Shown here one piece after another: positions 21,704 through 33,150 of a DNA stretch of 64,000 nucleotides. Below the pieces are notes generated by a model. The model did no database searches, was not told where the DNA came from, and saw only the letters and a list, made by a program, of their open reading frames with translations. Made by a program: the position numbers and the translations under genes. The DNA lies in the NCBI GenBank assembly GCA_963823335.1, contig CAWGLD010000001.1:480001-544000 (forward strand), in the 5' to 3' direction. The number at the start of each line of letters is the position of its first letter. The stretch's first letter is position 1. This stretch comes from an uncultured delta proteobacterium. GTDB taxonomy: Bacteria > Desulfobacterota > Desulfobacteria > Desulfobacterales > B30-G6.

Positions 21704-22906
21704 GTAATTTTCCCTTTCGATAATGGTCGCCACCCCCTGACCGCCACCCACACACGCGTTGGCACAGCCATAACGCCCTCCTTTGGTCTCCAGGATACGC
21801 GCTAGAGTGCCTGTCAGACGAACACCGGTTGCTCCCAATGGATGGCCCAGGGCGGTACCGCCGCCCATGACATTGACCGTGTCAGGATCGAGACCCAGTT
21901 CCTTGATACAGTTCAAGGCCACGATACAGAAAGCCTCGTTGATTTCCCAGAAATCGATGTCCGACGCTTTCAAGCCGGCCTTTTCCAGCGCCTTCCTGGA
22001 AGCGGGAACCGGGCCATCTCCCATGATGGTGGGGTCCACACCGGCAAAACCGATGGAACGGATGGTTGCCAGGGGCTTGATGCCTTTCTTTCTGGCGGTC
22101 TCTTTGGACATCAGAATCATGGATGTGGCCGCAGCATTGAGGGGCGAAGAAATACCGGCCGTTATCACACCGTCTTTTTTGAATGCCGGTCTCAATTGGG
22201 AGAGACCTTCCAGGGTCGTTTCCGCCCGAACAGCCTGATCCGTGTCGACGGTCATGACGGAACCATCGTCCTGTTCTGCCTCGATGGGCAGAATCTCATC
22301 TTTGAAAAATCCTTCTGCCTGGGCTTTTGCAGCCAGTTGGTGAGACCGTACCCCCCATTTGTCCATGTCTTCCTTGGTGAAGTCGCACTGGGCAAAAAGT
22401 TTCTCCGCCGTCAAGCCCATGTTCATGCTGGTCATCATGTCCCAGTGCTGGTAGGAGGGGTCCATAAACAGACCCATGTTGGGAACGATGGCGCCGCGAT
22501 CGATCAGGGGGCCGCCCATGGGTACGCGTGTCATGTGCTCCATGCCGCCCACCATGACGATATCCGCAAAATCCATGGCTATCTCCATGAAACCGATGTG
22601 AATGCCGGCCATGGCCGAACCGCACTGCTGATCCACGAATTTTGCAGCGATGGTTTCCGGCAGGTTGGCCAGGAAAAGGGGAAAGCGGCCACCAAAGGTA
22701 AACTGTTCTGAAACACCCGTGGCGCAGCCCACGATAAAATCATCGATCTCTTTTGGGTCAATCCCGGTTTTTTTAATGACCTCAGGCAGAAGTTTTCCCA
22801 GCAACTCATCCGAGCGCATTTTGCAGAACCAGTCCCGTGCAGGATCGTTGGGACGGGATCGGGTTTGTGCGGTTCTCAAGTATCCTGCAATGACGACTTC
22901 TCTCAT
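21701..22906 (-). CDS. Thiolase (3-ketoacyl-CoA thiolase)
   Basis: QQCGS, NEAF, GHPLG, CVGGGQG. Confidence 0.95.
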   Translation of the reverse strand: MREVVIAGYLRTAQTRSRPNDPARDWFCKMRSDELLGKLLPEVIKKTGIDPKEIDDFIVGCATGVSEQFTFGGRFPLFLANLPETIAAKFVDQQCGSAMAGIHIGFMEIAMDFADIVMVGGMEHMTRVPMGGPLIDRGAIVPNMGLFMDPSYQHWDMMTSMNMGLTAEKLFAQCDFTKEDMDKWGVRSHQLAAKAQAEGFFKDEILPIEAEQDDGSVMTVDTDQAVRAETTLEGLSQLRPAFKKDGVITAGISSPLNAAATSMILMSKETARKKGIKPLATIRSIGFAGVDPTIMGDGPVPASRKALEKAGLKASDIDFWEINEAFCIVALNCIKELGLDPDTVNVMGGGTALGHPLGATGVRLTGTLARILETKGGRYGCANACVGGGQGVATIIERENY

Positions 22907-23002
22907 GATGGTACCTCCTATTCATCCTTTAAATTCGTTGATAGCTATTGTAGACGTTCAGTACGTTAAACAACTTACATAACGATAAACACAAAACACC
23001 TC

Positions 23003-25126
23003 TTAATAAAACGTCTTTTCCTTCTCCACCATCTCCTGGATCAGGGCCGCCGGCTTGAAATGAATGCCGTACTGAGCCTCCAGTTCAACGAGCTTCTTGA
23101 GGACCCTGGAAAGACCCCACGTGTCTGCATAGCGGAGTATGCCGCCCCGGAAGGGCGGGAACCCCGTTCCGTAAATCATGGCCAGGTCCATATCCTGAGG
23201 TCTGTCACAAATCCCCTCCTGGATCATGTATGCGGCCTCGTTGATGGCGTTTGCCAGCATCAGGTCCAGGATCTCCTGTTCCGCAAGCTGCTTGGCGACG
23301 ACGCCGTTGTCCGCAAGATAGGTCTGCACGACAGCTACGATCTTTTGATTCGGAACGGGTGTGGCACCACTGTAATCCATGTAACCGGCCCCGGTTTTGC
23401 GGCCATAGCACCCGGTCTTGTAAATCAGTTCCGTCAGGGGGTGAACCTTGTAACGTTCTCCCAGTCTTTTCTCGAAGGTTTTGTTGACGTGGTAATTGAT
23501 GTCGATGCCCGTGAGGTCGGAAAGCGCCGCCGGTCCCATGGGCATGCCGAAGTTGAGCATGGCCTGTTCCACGGCGGAACCATCGACACCGTCGGCTGTG
23601 AGATAGACGGCGCCACCCATCAAGCCACCCAACTGCCGGGAAACATAAAACCCAGGGCCGTCATTGACCACGATAGGTATTTTCTTGATCTGCCTCCCAA
23701 AGGCCACACTCGTGGCAAGGGTCTGGTCAGATGTCTGCTCGGCGCAGATGATCTCCAGAAGCATCATGCGATGGGCCGGGTTGAAAAAATGAAGTCCGAT
23801 CATTCTACCGGGATCGGAAAGTGCCGAAGCCATTTCCGTTATGGGCAGAGCGGAGGTATTGGTTGCAAACACGGTATAGGCAGGACAGATCCCCTCTAAC
23901 TGTTTCCATATATCCTGTTTGATCTCCATGTCTTCCACCACGGCTTCGATGACAAGGTCCACCCCCTTTAGATCCGCGAGGTCGGTGGTGGTCTTGAACT
24001 GTTTCTCCAGCATGTTTTCAAGATCTTCCTGTTTCATCTTGCGCTTCTTGATGGGAAAGGCAAATGTCTGGCGGACAGAAGCAACCCCTTTTTCAAGGGC
24101 TGTCTCGTTGATATCCCAGAGAATGGTTTCACATCCGTTTTTCAGCAGGAGGTTGACGATGCCGGAACCCATGACGCCCCCTCCCAGCATGGCCACCTTC
24201 TTGATGTTGGCCGGCGCGGTCCCTTCGATGCGCTCGAGTCTCCCGGCGGCGCGGGTATTCAAAAATATTCCGATAAGGTTTTCAGCCACGTCCGACACGG
24301 CACAGTCGGCAAACAGCTCCACCTCCCTTTCAAGGTCCTTATCCATGTCATAGCTCAGCCCCTCAGCGATGGCCAGCACCGCTTTCATGGGTGCCAGGTA
24401 ACCTTTGGACTGCGCCGCCACCATGGCCTTTGTAAACTCCATCATGGATTTTTTCTCTGCCGCACTCGGAATCCAGTGGTGCTGATTACGGGTCATCCGC
24501 GCCTTGATATTGAGCTGACCGCTGGCAAACCGCTGGGCGGTCTGCACAGCCTTTTCGATCAGTTTCCGGGCCTCCACCACAGTATCCACCAGCCCTCTCT
24601 GAAGGGCGACTTCGGCTTTGATAGGCTTTCCCAGAGTAATCATCTCCAGGGCATACCGCAGCCCGATCAGGCGGGGCAGACGCTGGGTACCACCTGCACC
24701 CGGAATCAGCCCGATCTGCACCTCCGGCTGACCCAGATTGACACCCCTGGCGGCTACACGGTAGTGACAGGCCATAGCAATTTCCAGACCGCCGCCAAGA
24801 CAGTTGCCGTTGATGGCCGCCACGATAGGCTTGGGGCCTGTTTCCAGGCTGCTGACGAAGCGGGTAAATTCGAGGGCCCGCCCCAGAAAAAGGTCGCGAT
24901 CCTTGATCCCCTGAATCTGGGTGATGTCCGCACCGGCAATAAAGTTTCCGCCGGTGCCGGTGATAACCAGGGCCTTGATATGGTCATCCTCGTAGGCCGC
25001 CTTCAGGGCCCGGGCAAGATCCTCCACAAAATGTTTCGAAAGCTGATTCACGGGCGGGTTGTTCATATTGAACACGGCCACACCCTCTTTCACTTCCACC
25101 TGGATGGTATTAAATTCGGTTTTCAT
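23003..25126 (-). CDS. Multifunctional enoyl-CoA hydratase / 3-hydroxyacyl-CoA dehydrogenase (FadB/FadJ-like)
   Basis: GGGLE, PEVQIG, GGGVMG, TNTSAL, HFFNPA. Confidence 0.95.
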   Translation of the reverse strand: MKTEFNTIQVEVKEGVAVFNMNNPPVNQLSKHFVEDLARALKAAYEDDHIKALVITGTGGNFIAGADITQIQGIKDRDLFLGRALEFTRFVSSLETGPKPIVAAINGNCLGGGLEIAMACHYRVAARGVNLGQPEVQIGLIPGAGGTQRLPRLIGLRYALEMITLGKPIKAEVALQRGLVDTVVEARKLIEKAVQTAQRFASGQLNIKARMTRNQHHWIPSAAEKKSMMEFTKAMVAAQSKGYLAPMKAVLAIAEGLSYDMDKDLEREVELFADCAVSDVAENLIGIFLNTRAAGRLERIEGTAPANIKKVAMLGGGVMGSGIVNLLLKNGCETILWDINETALEKGVASVRQTFAFPIKKRKMKQEDLENMLEKQFKTTTDLADLKGVDLVIEAVVEDMEIKQDIWKQLEGICPAYTVFATNTSALPITEMASALSDPGRMIGLHFFNPAHRMMLLEIICAEQTSDQTLATSVAFGRQIKKIPIVVNDGPGFYVSRQLGGLMGGAVYLTADGVDGSAVEQAMLNFGMPMGPAALSDLTGIDINYHVNKTFEKRLGERYKVHPLTELIYKTGCYGRKTGAGYMDYSGATPVPNQKIVAVVQTYLADNGVVAKQLAEQEILDLMLANAINEAAYMIQEGICDRPQDMDLAMIYGTGFPPFRGGILRYADTWGLSRVLKKLVELEAQYGIHFKPAALIQEMVEKEKTFY

Positions 25127-25142
25127 ACATGACTCCTTTATT

Positions 25143-25315
25143 TAGCCTTCGGCCGTCATTGATGGTCATTAGCCCCGCGGGCGAAATATGTTGTCATTTC
25201 GCCTTCGGCTGTCATTAGCCCTGCGGGCAAAAGATATTGTCATTTCGCCTTCGGCTGTCATTAGCCCTGCGGGCGACATTAGCGCTGCGCGCGACATTTA
25301 TTGTTGCTGATAGCT
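25143..25315. repeat. Mini-hairpin array 1
   Basis: gccttcggc / gccctgcgggc / gcgctgcgcgc units joined by gtcatt or gacatt. Confidence 0.85.
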
Positions 25316-25486
25316 CCTGGCTGAGATTAAAACTTAAAACCTAAAATTTAACACGGTATTGTTTCCCCCTCAAACCTCGGTTAGGCTTTTAGGGGTTTAG
25401 ACTGTAGGCTGTTAGGTGCATTTTGCTCTCAGCTGTCAGCCACCCTCCAACCCTTGTATCCCCCACGAACCCTTGAACCCTCTTTT

Positions 25487-27304
25487 TTACACCCCCCCAA
25501 ACCCCGCATCTTCGATCTCAACGGCCGATCCATCAAAATCCTTTATCGAGACCATTTTACCGTGGGTCACTGGAAGGACCGTATTGATAAAAAACTTGGC
25601 TGACTGGATCTGGCCTTCGTAGAAGCTGACATCCTTTTTCTTGGCACCTTCCTGAAGTTTTTCAGAGGCAACAACGGCGCGCCATAGCAGCATCCACCCC
25701 ATGGTGACGTCCCCCATGACTTCCAGAAACGGAAATGCGTGGGCAAAGGCTTTTTTAAACTCGGGGGTCATGGCTTTCTGACCCAGGTGGAGGGCGGATT
25801 CTCCCAAGGCGTTCATGGCCGTTTCCAGCTTTTCGGCCAGGGGCACCAGGGTTTCTTGTTTCCTGGCCTGCGCGATGGTCTTTTGAATCTTTTCCAGAAA
25901 TTCCATGAAAACCTTTCCCTTTTTCATCCCCAGCTTTCTGGCCAGCAAGTCCATGGCCTGTATGCCATCCGTGCCCTCGTATATGGACGCTATTTTACAG
26001 TCTCTGGCAATCTGTTCAACCGGATACTCCCGGGTGTATCCATAACCGCCATACACCTGGATTGCCTCGATGCACACATCATATCCTCTCTGGGCACAGT
26101 AGGCTTTTACCACTGGTGTCAAAAGATCCGTCATGCCCTGATAGTGTTCCTTTTCTTCCTCATTCTCCGTGTTGGCCAGCTTGTCAAAACAGCGGACCGT
26201 ATAGTAGGCAAAACTGCGCATGCCATCCACATGGGCCTTCATCCAGAGGAGCATGCGTCTCACGTCAGGATGATTGATGATGGCTACCGGGGGCGCATCC
26301 CGTTCGGCGAATTTTTCCAGATCCCGGCCCTGCAGCCGTTCACGGGCATAGTTCACGGCATACAGATAGGCCGTGGTTGCATGGATAAAGGCCTGAAAAC
26401 CGACACCCAGACGGGCCTCGTTCATCATGTGGAACATGATGCGCATGCCATGGTTTTCCTCTCCCAGCAACAGTCCCCGGCAGTTGCCCTTACTCCCCAG
26501 AGACATGCTGCAGGTGGCGGAGGCGTGGATACCCATCTTCTCTTCGATACCGGTGCAGGTCACATCGTTGGGCTCACCCAGGCTGCCGTCCTCATTGACC
26601 CATATTTTTGGCACAATAAAGATGGAAATCCCTTTGGTTCCTGCAGGAGCGCCCTCTATGCGGGCAAGTACCGGGTGAATGATATTTTCCTGGAGATCGT
26701 GTTCACCGTTGGTGATAAATATTTTATCCCCCTTGATCGTGTAGGTGCCATCATCATTCTTCACAGCCGATGTGGTCAAGGCCCCGACATCCGACCCGGC
26801 GTTGGATTCCGTCAGGAGCATGGTTCCTCCCCATACACCGGTATAGAGCTTCTTGAGAAACATGGACTTCTGCAATTCAGTGCCAAAGAGCTCGACCATC
26901 TTGCCGGTGCCATGACCCATACGTGCATAGTTGACCAGCGGATAGTTGCCCCCCACAATGTATTCTGCCACAGCCATGCCGATACTGCTCGGCAATCCCT
27001 GGCCGCCAAGCTCCGGGTCTTCGTTCAACGCGGTCCATTCCCCCTCGATGAGAAGTTTGTGGGGTCTGTGAAAAGACTCGGGGACCTTTACCTGGCCCTT
27101 TTCAAAGCGCACTCCAGTCTGGTCCCCTTCTGCATATGTGGGCAAAAGCTCTTTGATTGCAAAGGTTCGCGCCTCTGAAATAATCATGTCAAAGACTTTC
27201 TTGTTGAGACCTTCGAATCTTTCATAAGCCAACAAGTCCTCAATCTTCATCTGTTCGTAAAGCACAAAATCCATGTCCCGACGATCTGCAATTACCTGTG
27301 CCAT
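25487..27304 (-). CDS. Long acyl-CoA dehydrogenase (~600 aa type)
   Basis: LTESNAGSD, KIFITNG, GGYGY, IYEGT. Confidence 0.95.
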   Translation of the reverse strand: MAQVIADRRDMDFVLYEQMKIEDLLAYERFEGLNKKVFDMIISEARTFAIKELLPTYAEGDQTGVRFEKGQVKVPESFHRPHKLLIEGEWTALNEDPELGGQGLPSSIGMAVAEYIVGGNYPLVNYARMGHGTGKMVELFGTELQKSMFLKKLYTGVWGGTMLLTESNAGSDVGALTTSAVKNDDGTYTIKGDKIFITNGEHDLQENIIHPVLARIEGAPAGTKGISIFIVPKIWVNEDGSLGEPNDVTCTGIEEKMGIHASATCSMSLGSKGNCRGLLLGEENHGMRIMFHMMNEARLGVGFQAFIHATTAYLYAVNYARERLQGRDLEKFAERDAPPVAIINHPDVRRMLLWMKAHVDGMRSFAYYTVRCFDKLANTENEEEKEHYQGMTDLLTPVVKAYCAQRGYDVCIEAIQVYGGYGYTREYPVEQIARDCKIASIYEGTDGIQAMDLLARKLGMKKGKVFMEFLEKIQKTIAQARKQETLVPLAEKLETAMNALGESALHLGQKAMTPEFKKAFAHAFPFLEVMGDVTMGWMLLWRAVVASEKLQEGAKKKDVSFYEGQIQSAKFFINTVLPVTHGKMVSIKDFDGSAVEIEDAGFGGV

Positions 27305-27400
27305 TCTTTTTTATCTCCTTTCACTTATTTAAAACTTCTGATATTCTTCTCTACATATGATTGGATTAAACAATGTTCGAGAACATCTAAACCTGTTGCT

Positions 27401-27570
27401 GTCATTTATGGTCACTAGCCCTTTGGGCGACATTAGCGCTGCGCGCGTCATTTGTTCTACCGAACGTCAGTTGCCCTGCGGACGACATTAGCGCTGCGCG
27501 CGTCATTCATTGTTGCTGATAGTTGTTTGCTCCTGGCCGAACCTAAAACTTAAAACCTAACACCTAACCC
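27401..27570. repeat. Mini-hairpin array 2 plus heptamer run
   Basis: Same units and ttgttgctgatag tail as array 1; (cctaaaa/cttaaaa)n. Confidence 0.8.
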
Positions 27571-27575
27571 GTCCA

Positions 27576-29135
27576 TTAAAATTTGGTCGGCCAGTTGGCC
27601 AGTCGATGCCCGCCAATACCATTGTTCCGCACACCCCGGCTGATTTTCAGGGCCCGACTTATATAATTCCGTGTCTCCCGGGGATCGATCACATCGTGAA
27701 TATAATGCATACCGGCAGCTCCGTAGGGAGACGCATCATCCACCATCTGCTGAACCAGCTTCTCCCACTCCTTCTTGTCACGCTCCGTGGCGGGGATCTT
27801 GCCACCGAAGACCACATTGGCAGCTATTTCCGGGCTCACGAAACTCATTTCCGCCGTGGGCCAGGCCACGATAAAATTGGTGCCACACCCCGATCCGGCC
27901 ATATTCCAGAAAGCCATACCATATGTTTTCCTGACGATGACGGAAATTTTCGGAACCGTTACCAACCCCAGAGCGTTCATGTAGTTCATCACCCTGGCCG
28001 CCACACGGTTTCTTTCGGCTGCTTTTCCCACTAAAAAGCCTGGTGTGTCGTGAAAGAACACCAGGGGAATATTGAACGAATCACACAGGCATAGAAAGCT
28101 GATGACCTTGTCGATGCCGTCCGTGTCCATGGCACCGGCATTGACAAAGGGTTGATTGGCAACAACACCCACCACATTCCCCTTGATTCTGGCGAGGGCG
28201 GTGATGACATTTTTTCCAAAATCGGGTTTAATGGGAAAGAGACTTTGCCGGTCGAAAACAGCATTCAAAATCCGGTGCATGTCATAGGCCCGATTTCGTT
28301 TTTGAGGCAGGCTTTCTAAAATATTTTCAGCTTCTTCGGATGGATCGAATTTCTCCCGACGAGGTGGTGCTTCCTCATTGTGCTGTGGCATATAGCCCAA
28401 AAACTGCCGAATGATTCTGAAACAGTCGTCTTCGGTTTCGGCAATGCGGTCTGCCATACCGGTGATCTCTCCGTGAACCTTTGAACCCCCCAGTTCCTCG
28501 TCGGTAACGGACTCGCTCAGGGCAAGCTCCAGGATTCTTGGTCCCGAAACCCCCATGGCGCTCCCCTTGACTTGCACCACAAAATCGGACAGGCAGGCCA
28601 TCCAGGTGGGCATGCCATAGCATTCCCCCATGACGGCGGTAATCATGGGTGTTTTCCGGACCCGGCTCATGATTTGAAGGTAGGTGTCAAAGCCGCCGCC
28701 CCCGAAGGATGCAAGGCCCTTTGACCCCATGATATCCGGCATTCTGGCGCCACCTGCTTCCCCGAGATAGATCACTGGATACCCGTATTGCGCTGCCAGT
28801 TGTTTCAATTCACCTTCTTTGCGGCCTGCTACGCGGCTCGAGGTGGCAGCCAGCACGGAAAAATCATTGGACAGGATGCCCACCGTACGGCCATCGATGG
28901 TGCCATACCCACCAATTTTGCTGTCCGCCGGAGTCCTGTCCTCCATTCCCGGCACGTCGGAATGATTGAACATGCCCACCTCGAGAAAAGAACCCGGGTC
29001 GAGAAGACCCTGGATACGTTCCCTGGCGTTGAGCCGCCCCTTGGCATGCTGCTTGTCGATCTTTTCCCTGCCACCCATTTCCAGCGCCCGGGCTCTTCTG
29101 TTCTCCAGATCCTGCAGTTCCTTTTCAAAAGACAT
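27576..29135 (-). CDS. Acyl-CoA carboxyltransferase/decarboxylase subunit
   Basis: NARERI, EAGGARM, DTPGFLVG, DVIDPRETR. Confidence 0.9.
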   Translation of the reverse strand: MSFEKELQDLENRRARALEMGGREKIDKQHAKGRLNARERIQGLLDPGSFLEVGMFNHSDVPGMEDRTPADSKIGGYGTIDGRTVGILSNDFSVLAATSSRVAGRKEGELKQLAAQYGYPVIYLGEAGGARMPDIMGSKGLASFGGGGFDTYLQIMSRVRKTPMITAVMGECYGMPTWMACLSDFVVQVKGSAMGVSGPRILELALSESVTDEELGGSKVHGEITGMADRIAETEDDCFRIIRQFLGYMPQHNEEAPPRREKFDPSEEAENILESLPQKRNRAYDMHRILNAVFDRQSLFPIKPDFGKNVITALARIKGNVVGVVANQPFVNAGAMDTDGIDKVISFLCLCDSFNIPLVFFHDTPGFLVGKAAERNRVAARVMNYMNALGLVTVPKISVIVRKTYGMAFWNMAGSGCGTNFIVAWPTAEMSFVSPEIAANVVFGGKIPATERDKKEWEKLVQQMVDDASPYGAAGMHYIHDVIDPRETRNYISRALKISRGVRNNGIGGHRLANWPTKF

Positions 29136-29207
29136 ATCCGTGATTCTCCTATCGTTCTACCCACAATCATAACGAGAGTAACAAATAACAGAGTCTGCGT
29201 TGCCCAT

Positions 29208-29305
29208 GTCATTAGCCCTTCGGGCGTGATTTGTCCTTCGGACGACATTAGCGCTGCGCGCGTCATTTATTGTTGTTGATAGCTGTTCGCTGAACCTAAA
29301 ACCTA
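29208..29305. repeat. Mini-hairpin array 3
   Basis: gcccttcgggc, gtccttcggac, gcgctgcgcgc plus tail. Confidence 0.8.
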
Positions 29306-29359
29306 TTCTGATGATGCGCAGAAATGACATGTCTCTCTCAAGCCCTTCTATGCCGTGCA

Positions 29360-30250
29360 TTATGCGTCCTCTTCACCGTAGGGCAAGCGCTTCCCGTCTT
29401 TGGTATAGCGGTAAAAACCCTTTCCAGCCTTTTTCCCCAGACGCCCCTGGGCAATCATCTTCAACAGGAGGTCCGATTTCGTCACCAGATTCTCTTCCCC
29501 CAGCTCCGCCAGGGATTGACCCACCAGGGCAAAGGTATCCAGGCCGGCATTGTCGGCGACTTCAAAGGGCCCCACATTCCAGCCATACCCCAGTCGCATG
29601 CCGGCATCCACATCTTCCGGACTGACAATACCGTCCGATACCAGGTCCACGGCTTCCCGGAAAGCCGCCGAGAAAATACGGTTCATCACAAAACCGGGGA
29701 TGTCCCGGTTGACACGCACCGGTGTTTTCCCAAGGGAATTGACAAAGTCAACCCCTGCTTCAAACACGTTGTCGGCCGTCTGTTCCCCTTTTACGACCTC
29801 CACCAGTCCCATGAAGGGTACCGGTCCAAAAAAATGAAGACCCAGCATGCGCTCAGGCCGGTCGAGATGTGCGGCCATACGGGTGATGGGTATTGAGGAG
29901 GTGTTGGTGGCCAGCGGGGTTGTAACGGGGATTTCTTTCTCCAGGGCCTTGAAAAGATCGATCTTGAGCGTCTCTAACTCCAGGACTGCCTCGATAATCC
30001 AGTCTGCCTCCGCCGCAGCCGACAGATCGGTTCCATAGCTGAGACGACTGAGGATTTTATCGGGAGCTTCCTCAAGAAGCCCTTTCTCCGTCAGTTTGCT
30101 GACCGACCATTGCAAGCCCTTTTCCGCCTTACCCAGAGCCTCCGGACTAACATCGCTCAGGTGAACCCGGTATCCACTCTGGGCACACACCTGGGCGATC
30201 CCGGCACCCATAAATCCTGCCCCGACGACCAAAACGTTTTGCTGCTTCAT
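29360..30250 (-). CDS. 3-hydroxyacyl-CoA (3-hydroxybutyryl-CoA type) dehydrogenase
   Basis: GAGFMG, TNTSSI, HFFGPVP, PGFVMNR. Confidence 0.93.
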   Translation of the reverse strand: MKQQNVLVVGAGFMGAGIAQVCAQSGYRVHLSDVSPEALGKAEKGLQWSVSKLTEKGLLEEAPDKILSRLSYGTDLSAAAEADWIIEAVLELETLKIDLFKALEKEIPVTTPLATNTSSIPITRMAAHLDRPERMLGLHFFGPVPFMGLVEVVKGEQTADNVFEAGVDFVNSLGKTPVRVNRDIPGFVMNRIFSAAFREAVDLVSDGIVSPEDVDAGMRLGYGWNVGPFEVADNAGLDTFALVGQSLAELGEENLVTKSDLLLKMIAQGRLGKKAGKGFYRYTKDGKRLPYGEEDA

Positions 30251-30341
30251 CTTTTCTCCTTTGACCGATACGGACCCGCCAAGACACCATTTTTAGCAGG
30301 TCCCCGGGTTCATAATAATCCGGCACTAATTATACCCTTTA

Positions 30342-30589
30342 ACTCAACTTTCGGTTTTCACCATCGATAGAGCGAAATGGGTGATCCAATGGCGATTTGC
30401 GGTGTTTGAGGCGTTTAGGGATCCTTACATCAGCGCATGACAATGAAAATCCAATATGAAAACCCGGTCAGTTGAAAGCTATGCCTGTTTAACCATATGG
30501 CCGGCGCTGGTGTTAGGAACCCTTACGGCGAGTTCGCAAAGCGCCAGGGGATTATTCATTTCGTGTTCGCTGAACCCCGAAAGTTGGGT
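30342..30589. mobile_element. ~250 bp MITE-like element, copy 1
   Basis: TIR caactttcgg/ccgaaagttg; closely similar copy at 63423..63674. Confidence 0.8.
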
Positions 30590-30655
30590 CTGTAATTTTT
30601 ATACTGTTTGTCAAAACAACGTTCCGAAACTGCTTAGGCAAATAGCGTCAAACAA

Positions 30656-31723
30656 CTAAAGCGTGGAGCGCTCGATGACATTCATGGCCGCTTTTTCCAA
30701 TATACCCACCACATAGCCCATTTTCTTAAATCGCGGGTCCTGGGTCTGCCCGTGATAATAACGATAGTAGATCTGCTGAACGATCACTGCCAGCTTGAAA
30801 AAGCCGAAACAGAGATAAAAATCGTAGTGATGAATGGTGCGGCCGGACAGGCGCTCATAGAGCGCCACCAGTTCTCTTCGTTTCAGCGCCCCTTCGGCAT
30901 TGGTGGGAACCGAACGCATCAGCTGCATTTCCAGGGGATCCCCGGCTTCGACCCAGTATGCCAGAGTACCACCCAGATCCATCAACGGGTCACCCAGGGT
31001 GGTCATTTCCCAGTCCAGAACACCGATGATGTTCAAGGGGTTTTCAGGATCCAGCACCACATTGTCGAATTTGAAATCGTTGTGGATCAGACAGGGCACG
31101 TCCGTATCCAATGGCATTTTGTCCTTGAGCCAGCACATGACCACTTCGGCCTTCGGCACATCAGGCGTGCGGGCAGCCCGGTAACGCCCGCTCCAGCCGG
31201 TCACCTGACGTTCCACGTATCCTTCGGGTTTGCCCAACGATTCCAGACCGATTTCCCGGTAGTCAACACTGTGCAGCTCATAAAGAACCTTGAACAGGTT
31301 TTCGCACAGACGCGTCATGTCCCCGGGGCTCAGCCCCAAGGATTCCGGGATATCCCTTCGCAATACAATGCCCCTGATCCGTTCCATGACATAAAACGAA
31401 CACCCCATCACCTGGGGGTCTTCGGTGTAGGCCAACGGGCGAGGACAGTAGGGGAATACCGGCCCAAGGGCCTTTAACACCCTGTACTCCCTACCCATGT
31501 CATGAGCGGTTTTAGCCTTGGTCCCCAGGGGTGGCCGCCGCAACACCATTTCCCTTTCACCCACCGTGACCAGATAGGTCAGGTTGGAGGCGCCGCTGGG
31601 AAACTGCTGGATCGTCATTGCCCCATCAAGCCCGGTAATCACATCCCGCAGAAACGCTTCCACTTTCCGGGTATCGAGCTCTTCGCCCTGTCTTACTTCG
31701 GTTGCTTCGTCCATCTGTTGCAC
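30656..31723 (-). CDS. APH-fold phosphotransferase (ACAD10/11 kinase domain, LvaA-like)
   Basis: GASNLTY, LRRPP, AHDMGRE, HNDFKFDN, DWEM. Confidence 0.9.
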   Translation of the reverse strand: MQQMDEATEVRQGEELDTRKVEAFLRDVITGLDGAMTIQQFPSGASNLTYLVTVGEREMVLRRPPLGTKAKTAHDMGREYRVLKALGPVFPYCPRPLAYTEDPQVMGCSFYVMERIRGIVLRRDIPESLGLSPGDMTRLCENLFKVLYELHSVDYREIGLESLGKPEGYVERQVTGWSGRYRAARTPDVPKAEVVMCWLKDKMPLDTDVPCLIHNDFKFDNVVLDPENPLNIIGVLDWEMTTLGDPLMDLGGTLAYWVEAGDPLEMQLMRSVPTNAEGALKRRELVALYERLSGRTIHHYDFYLCFGFFKLAVIVQQIYYRYYHGQTQDPRFKKMGYVVGILEKAAMNVIERSTL

Positions 31724-31836
31724 TTTTACCTATGAATATAGAAAAAGAAAAAAACTGTCACGAAAGCACGAAAATGATCTTTTTCGTGTTTTCGCGATGA
31801 AGATATTCCCCTGGCCGCTAAATCAGAACCGGGCAG

Positions 31837-33042
31837 TTATTTTACGGTCTTACCTTCATACTCTTTTAAGATTCTGCGGGCCACGGACACCTTGTGAACC
31901 TCGTCAGCCCCGTCATAAATCCTGGCTGCGCGCTCGTGACGGTAGAAAAAGGAGATGATCGTGTCATCTGTCATACCCAACCCGCCGTGCACCTGCAAAG
32001 CCCGGTCAATCACCTTCTGCATGGTGTTGGCCACCATGAATTTGATCAGGGAAATATCCTGACGGGCCTCTTTGATTCCCAGGTTCTCGATGGTCCAGGC
32101 CGTGTGGAGCACCATCAGTCGGGCAGACCGGATTTCCGCCGCACTCTCTGCAATCCAGGACTGAATGATCTGTTTGCTGGCCAGTGTCTTCCCGGGAGCG
32201 ATCACCCGGGTCATGGCCCGGTGGCACATCAGATCAAAGACCCGGTTGCAGATACCGATCCAGCGCATGCAGTGATGGATCCGGCCCGGCCCGAGCCTGT
32301 CCTGGGCAATGACAAACCCGTGCCCTTCAGGGCCGAGGAGATTTTTCTGAGGCACCCGGCACGATTGATACAGGATCTCGGCATGGCTGAAATAGCCTTC
32401 TCCGGCATGTCCCATGACCGGAATGTTTCTGACGTGATTGAAACCCGGTGTGTCCGTGGGCACGATGATCATGCTGGCCCGCATATAGGGTGATGCATCT
32501 GGATTTGTATTGGCCATGACTATGGCGAATTTTGCACCGTCAGCAGAAGAGGTGTACCATTTGTGACCATTGATCACATAGTCGTCACCGTCTTTTACCG
32601 CAGTGGTATCCATCATGACCGGGTTCGAGCCGGGCAGGTCGACTTCGGTCATGGAAAAACAGGACCGGATCTGACCATCCACCAGCGGCCTGAGCCAGGT
32701 TTCCTTCTGCTCATCCGTGCCGTACTGGTGAAGGATCTCGATATTCCCGGCATCCGGTGCCTGGCACCCGAAAACCAGAAAACCCAGCATGGTCCCACCC
32801 AGAACTTCTGATACCAGACCATGTTCCACCAGATTAAGCCCCATGCCCCCGAATTCCTTGGGGTGGTTGGGTGCCCACAGCTCCATCTGCTTTACCATTT
32901 TCTGTTTTTCCGCAATAACCGGCAACAGGCGGTTGGTGTCGCTGCTTAAAAATTCCGGTTCCAGGGGAATGAGCTCTTTTTCAACAAACTCTTTCATCAT
33001 ACCGAGTATGGTCTGCATTTTTTCAGATATGTTAAAGTCCAT
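31837..33042 (-). CDS. Acyl-CoA dehydrogenase, ACAD10/11/LvaC type
   Basis: CQAPDAGNIE, RLGPGRIHHCMR, RIYDGADEVH. Confidence 0.92.
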   Translation of the reverse strand: MDFNISEKMQTILGMMKEFVEKELIPLEPEFLSSDTNRLLPVIAEKQKMVKQMELWAPNHPKEFGGMGLNLVEHGLVSEVLGGTMLGFLVFGCQAPDAGNIEILHQYGTDEQKETWLRPLVDGQIRSCFSMTEVDLPGSNPVMMDTTAVKDGDDYVINGHKWYTSSADGAKFAIVMANTNPDASPYMRASMIIVPTDTPGFNHVRNIPVMGHAGEGYFSHAEILYQSCRVPQKNLLGPEGHGFVIAQDRLGPGRIHHCMRWIGICNRVFDLMCHRAMTRVIAPGKTLASKQIIQSWIAESAAEIRSARLMVLHTAWTIENLGIKEARQDISLIKFMVANTMQKVIDRALQVHGGLGMTDDTIISFFYRHERAARIYDGADEVHKVSVARRILKEYEGKTVK

Positions 33043-33150
33043 TGTGCCTCCCTTTTTGTTGGAAATGAATCAGTTGAAGTATGCAATTTGAAATTGTTTC
33101 ACAATCGATAGAGGCTTCCAGCCTGATTTAATAGAACACGCAACCCCGAT

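Noticed and set aside
21514-21771. Small ORFs over repeats (21514..21771, 21538..21723, 30456..30659, 50757..50984, 63427..63642)
   Set aside because: Translations of non-coding repeat elements.
25143-25315. Hairpin arrays as CRISPR
   Set aside because: Period is ~17-18 nt, there are no unique spacers and no cas genes.
25739-27178. 479 aa plus-strand ORF and other long antisense ORFs (41084..42115, 46807..47721, 49187..50152, 21842..22711)
   Set aside because: They lie opposite well-supported genes and show no recognisable motifs; typical shadow ORFs.
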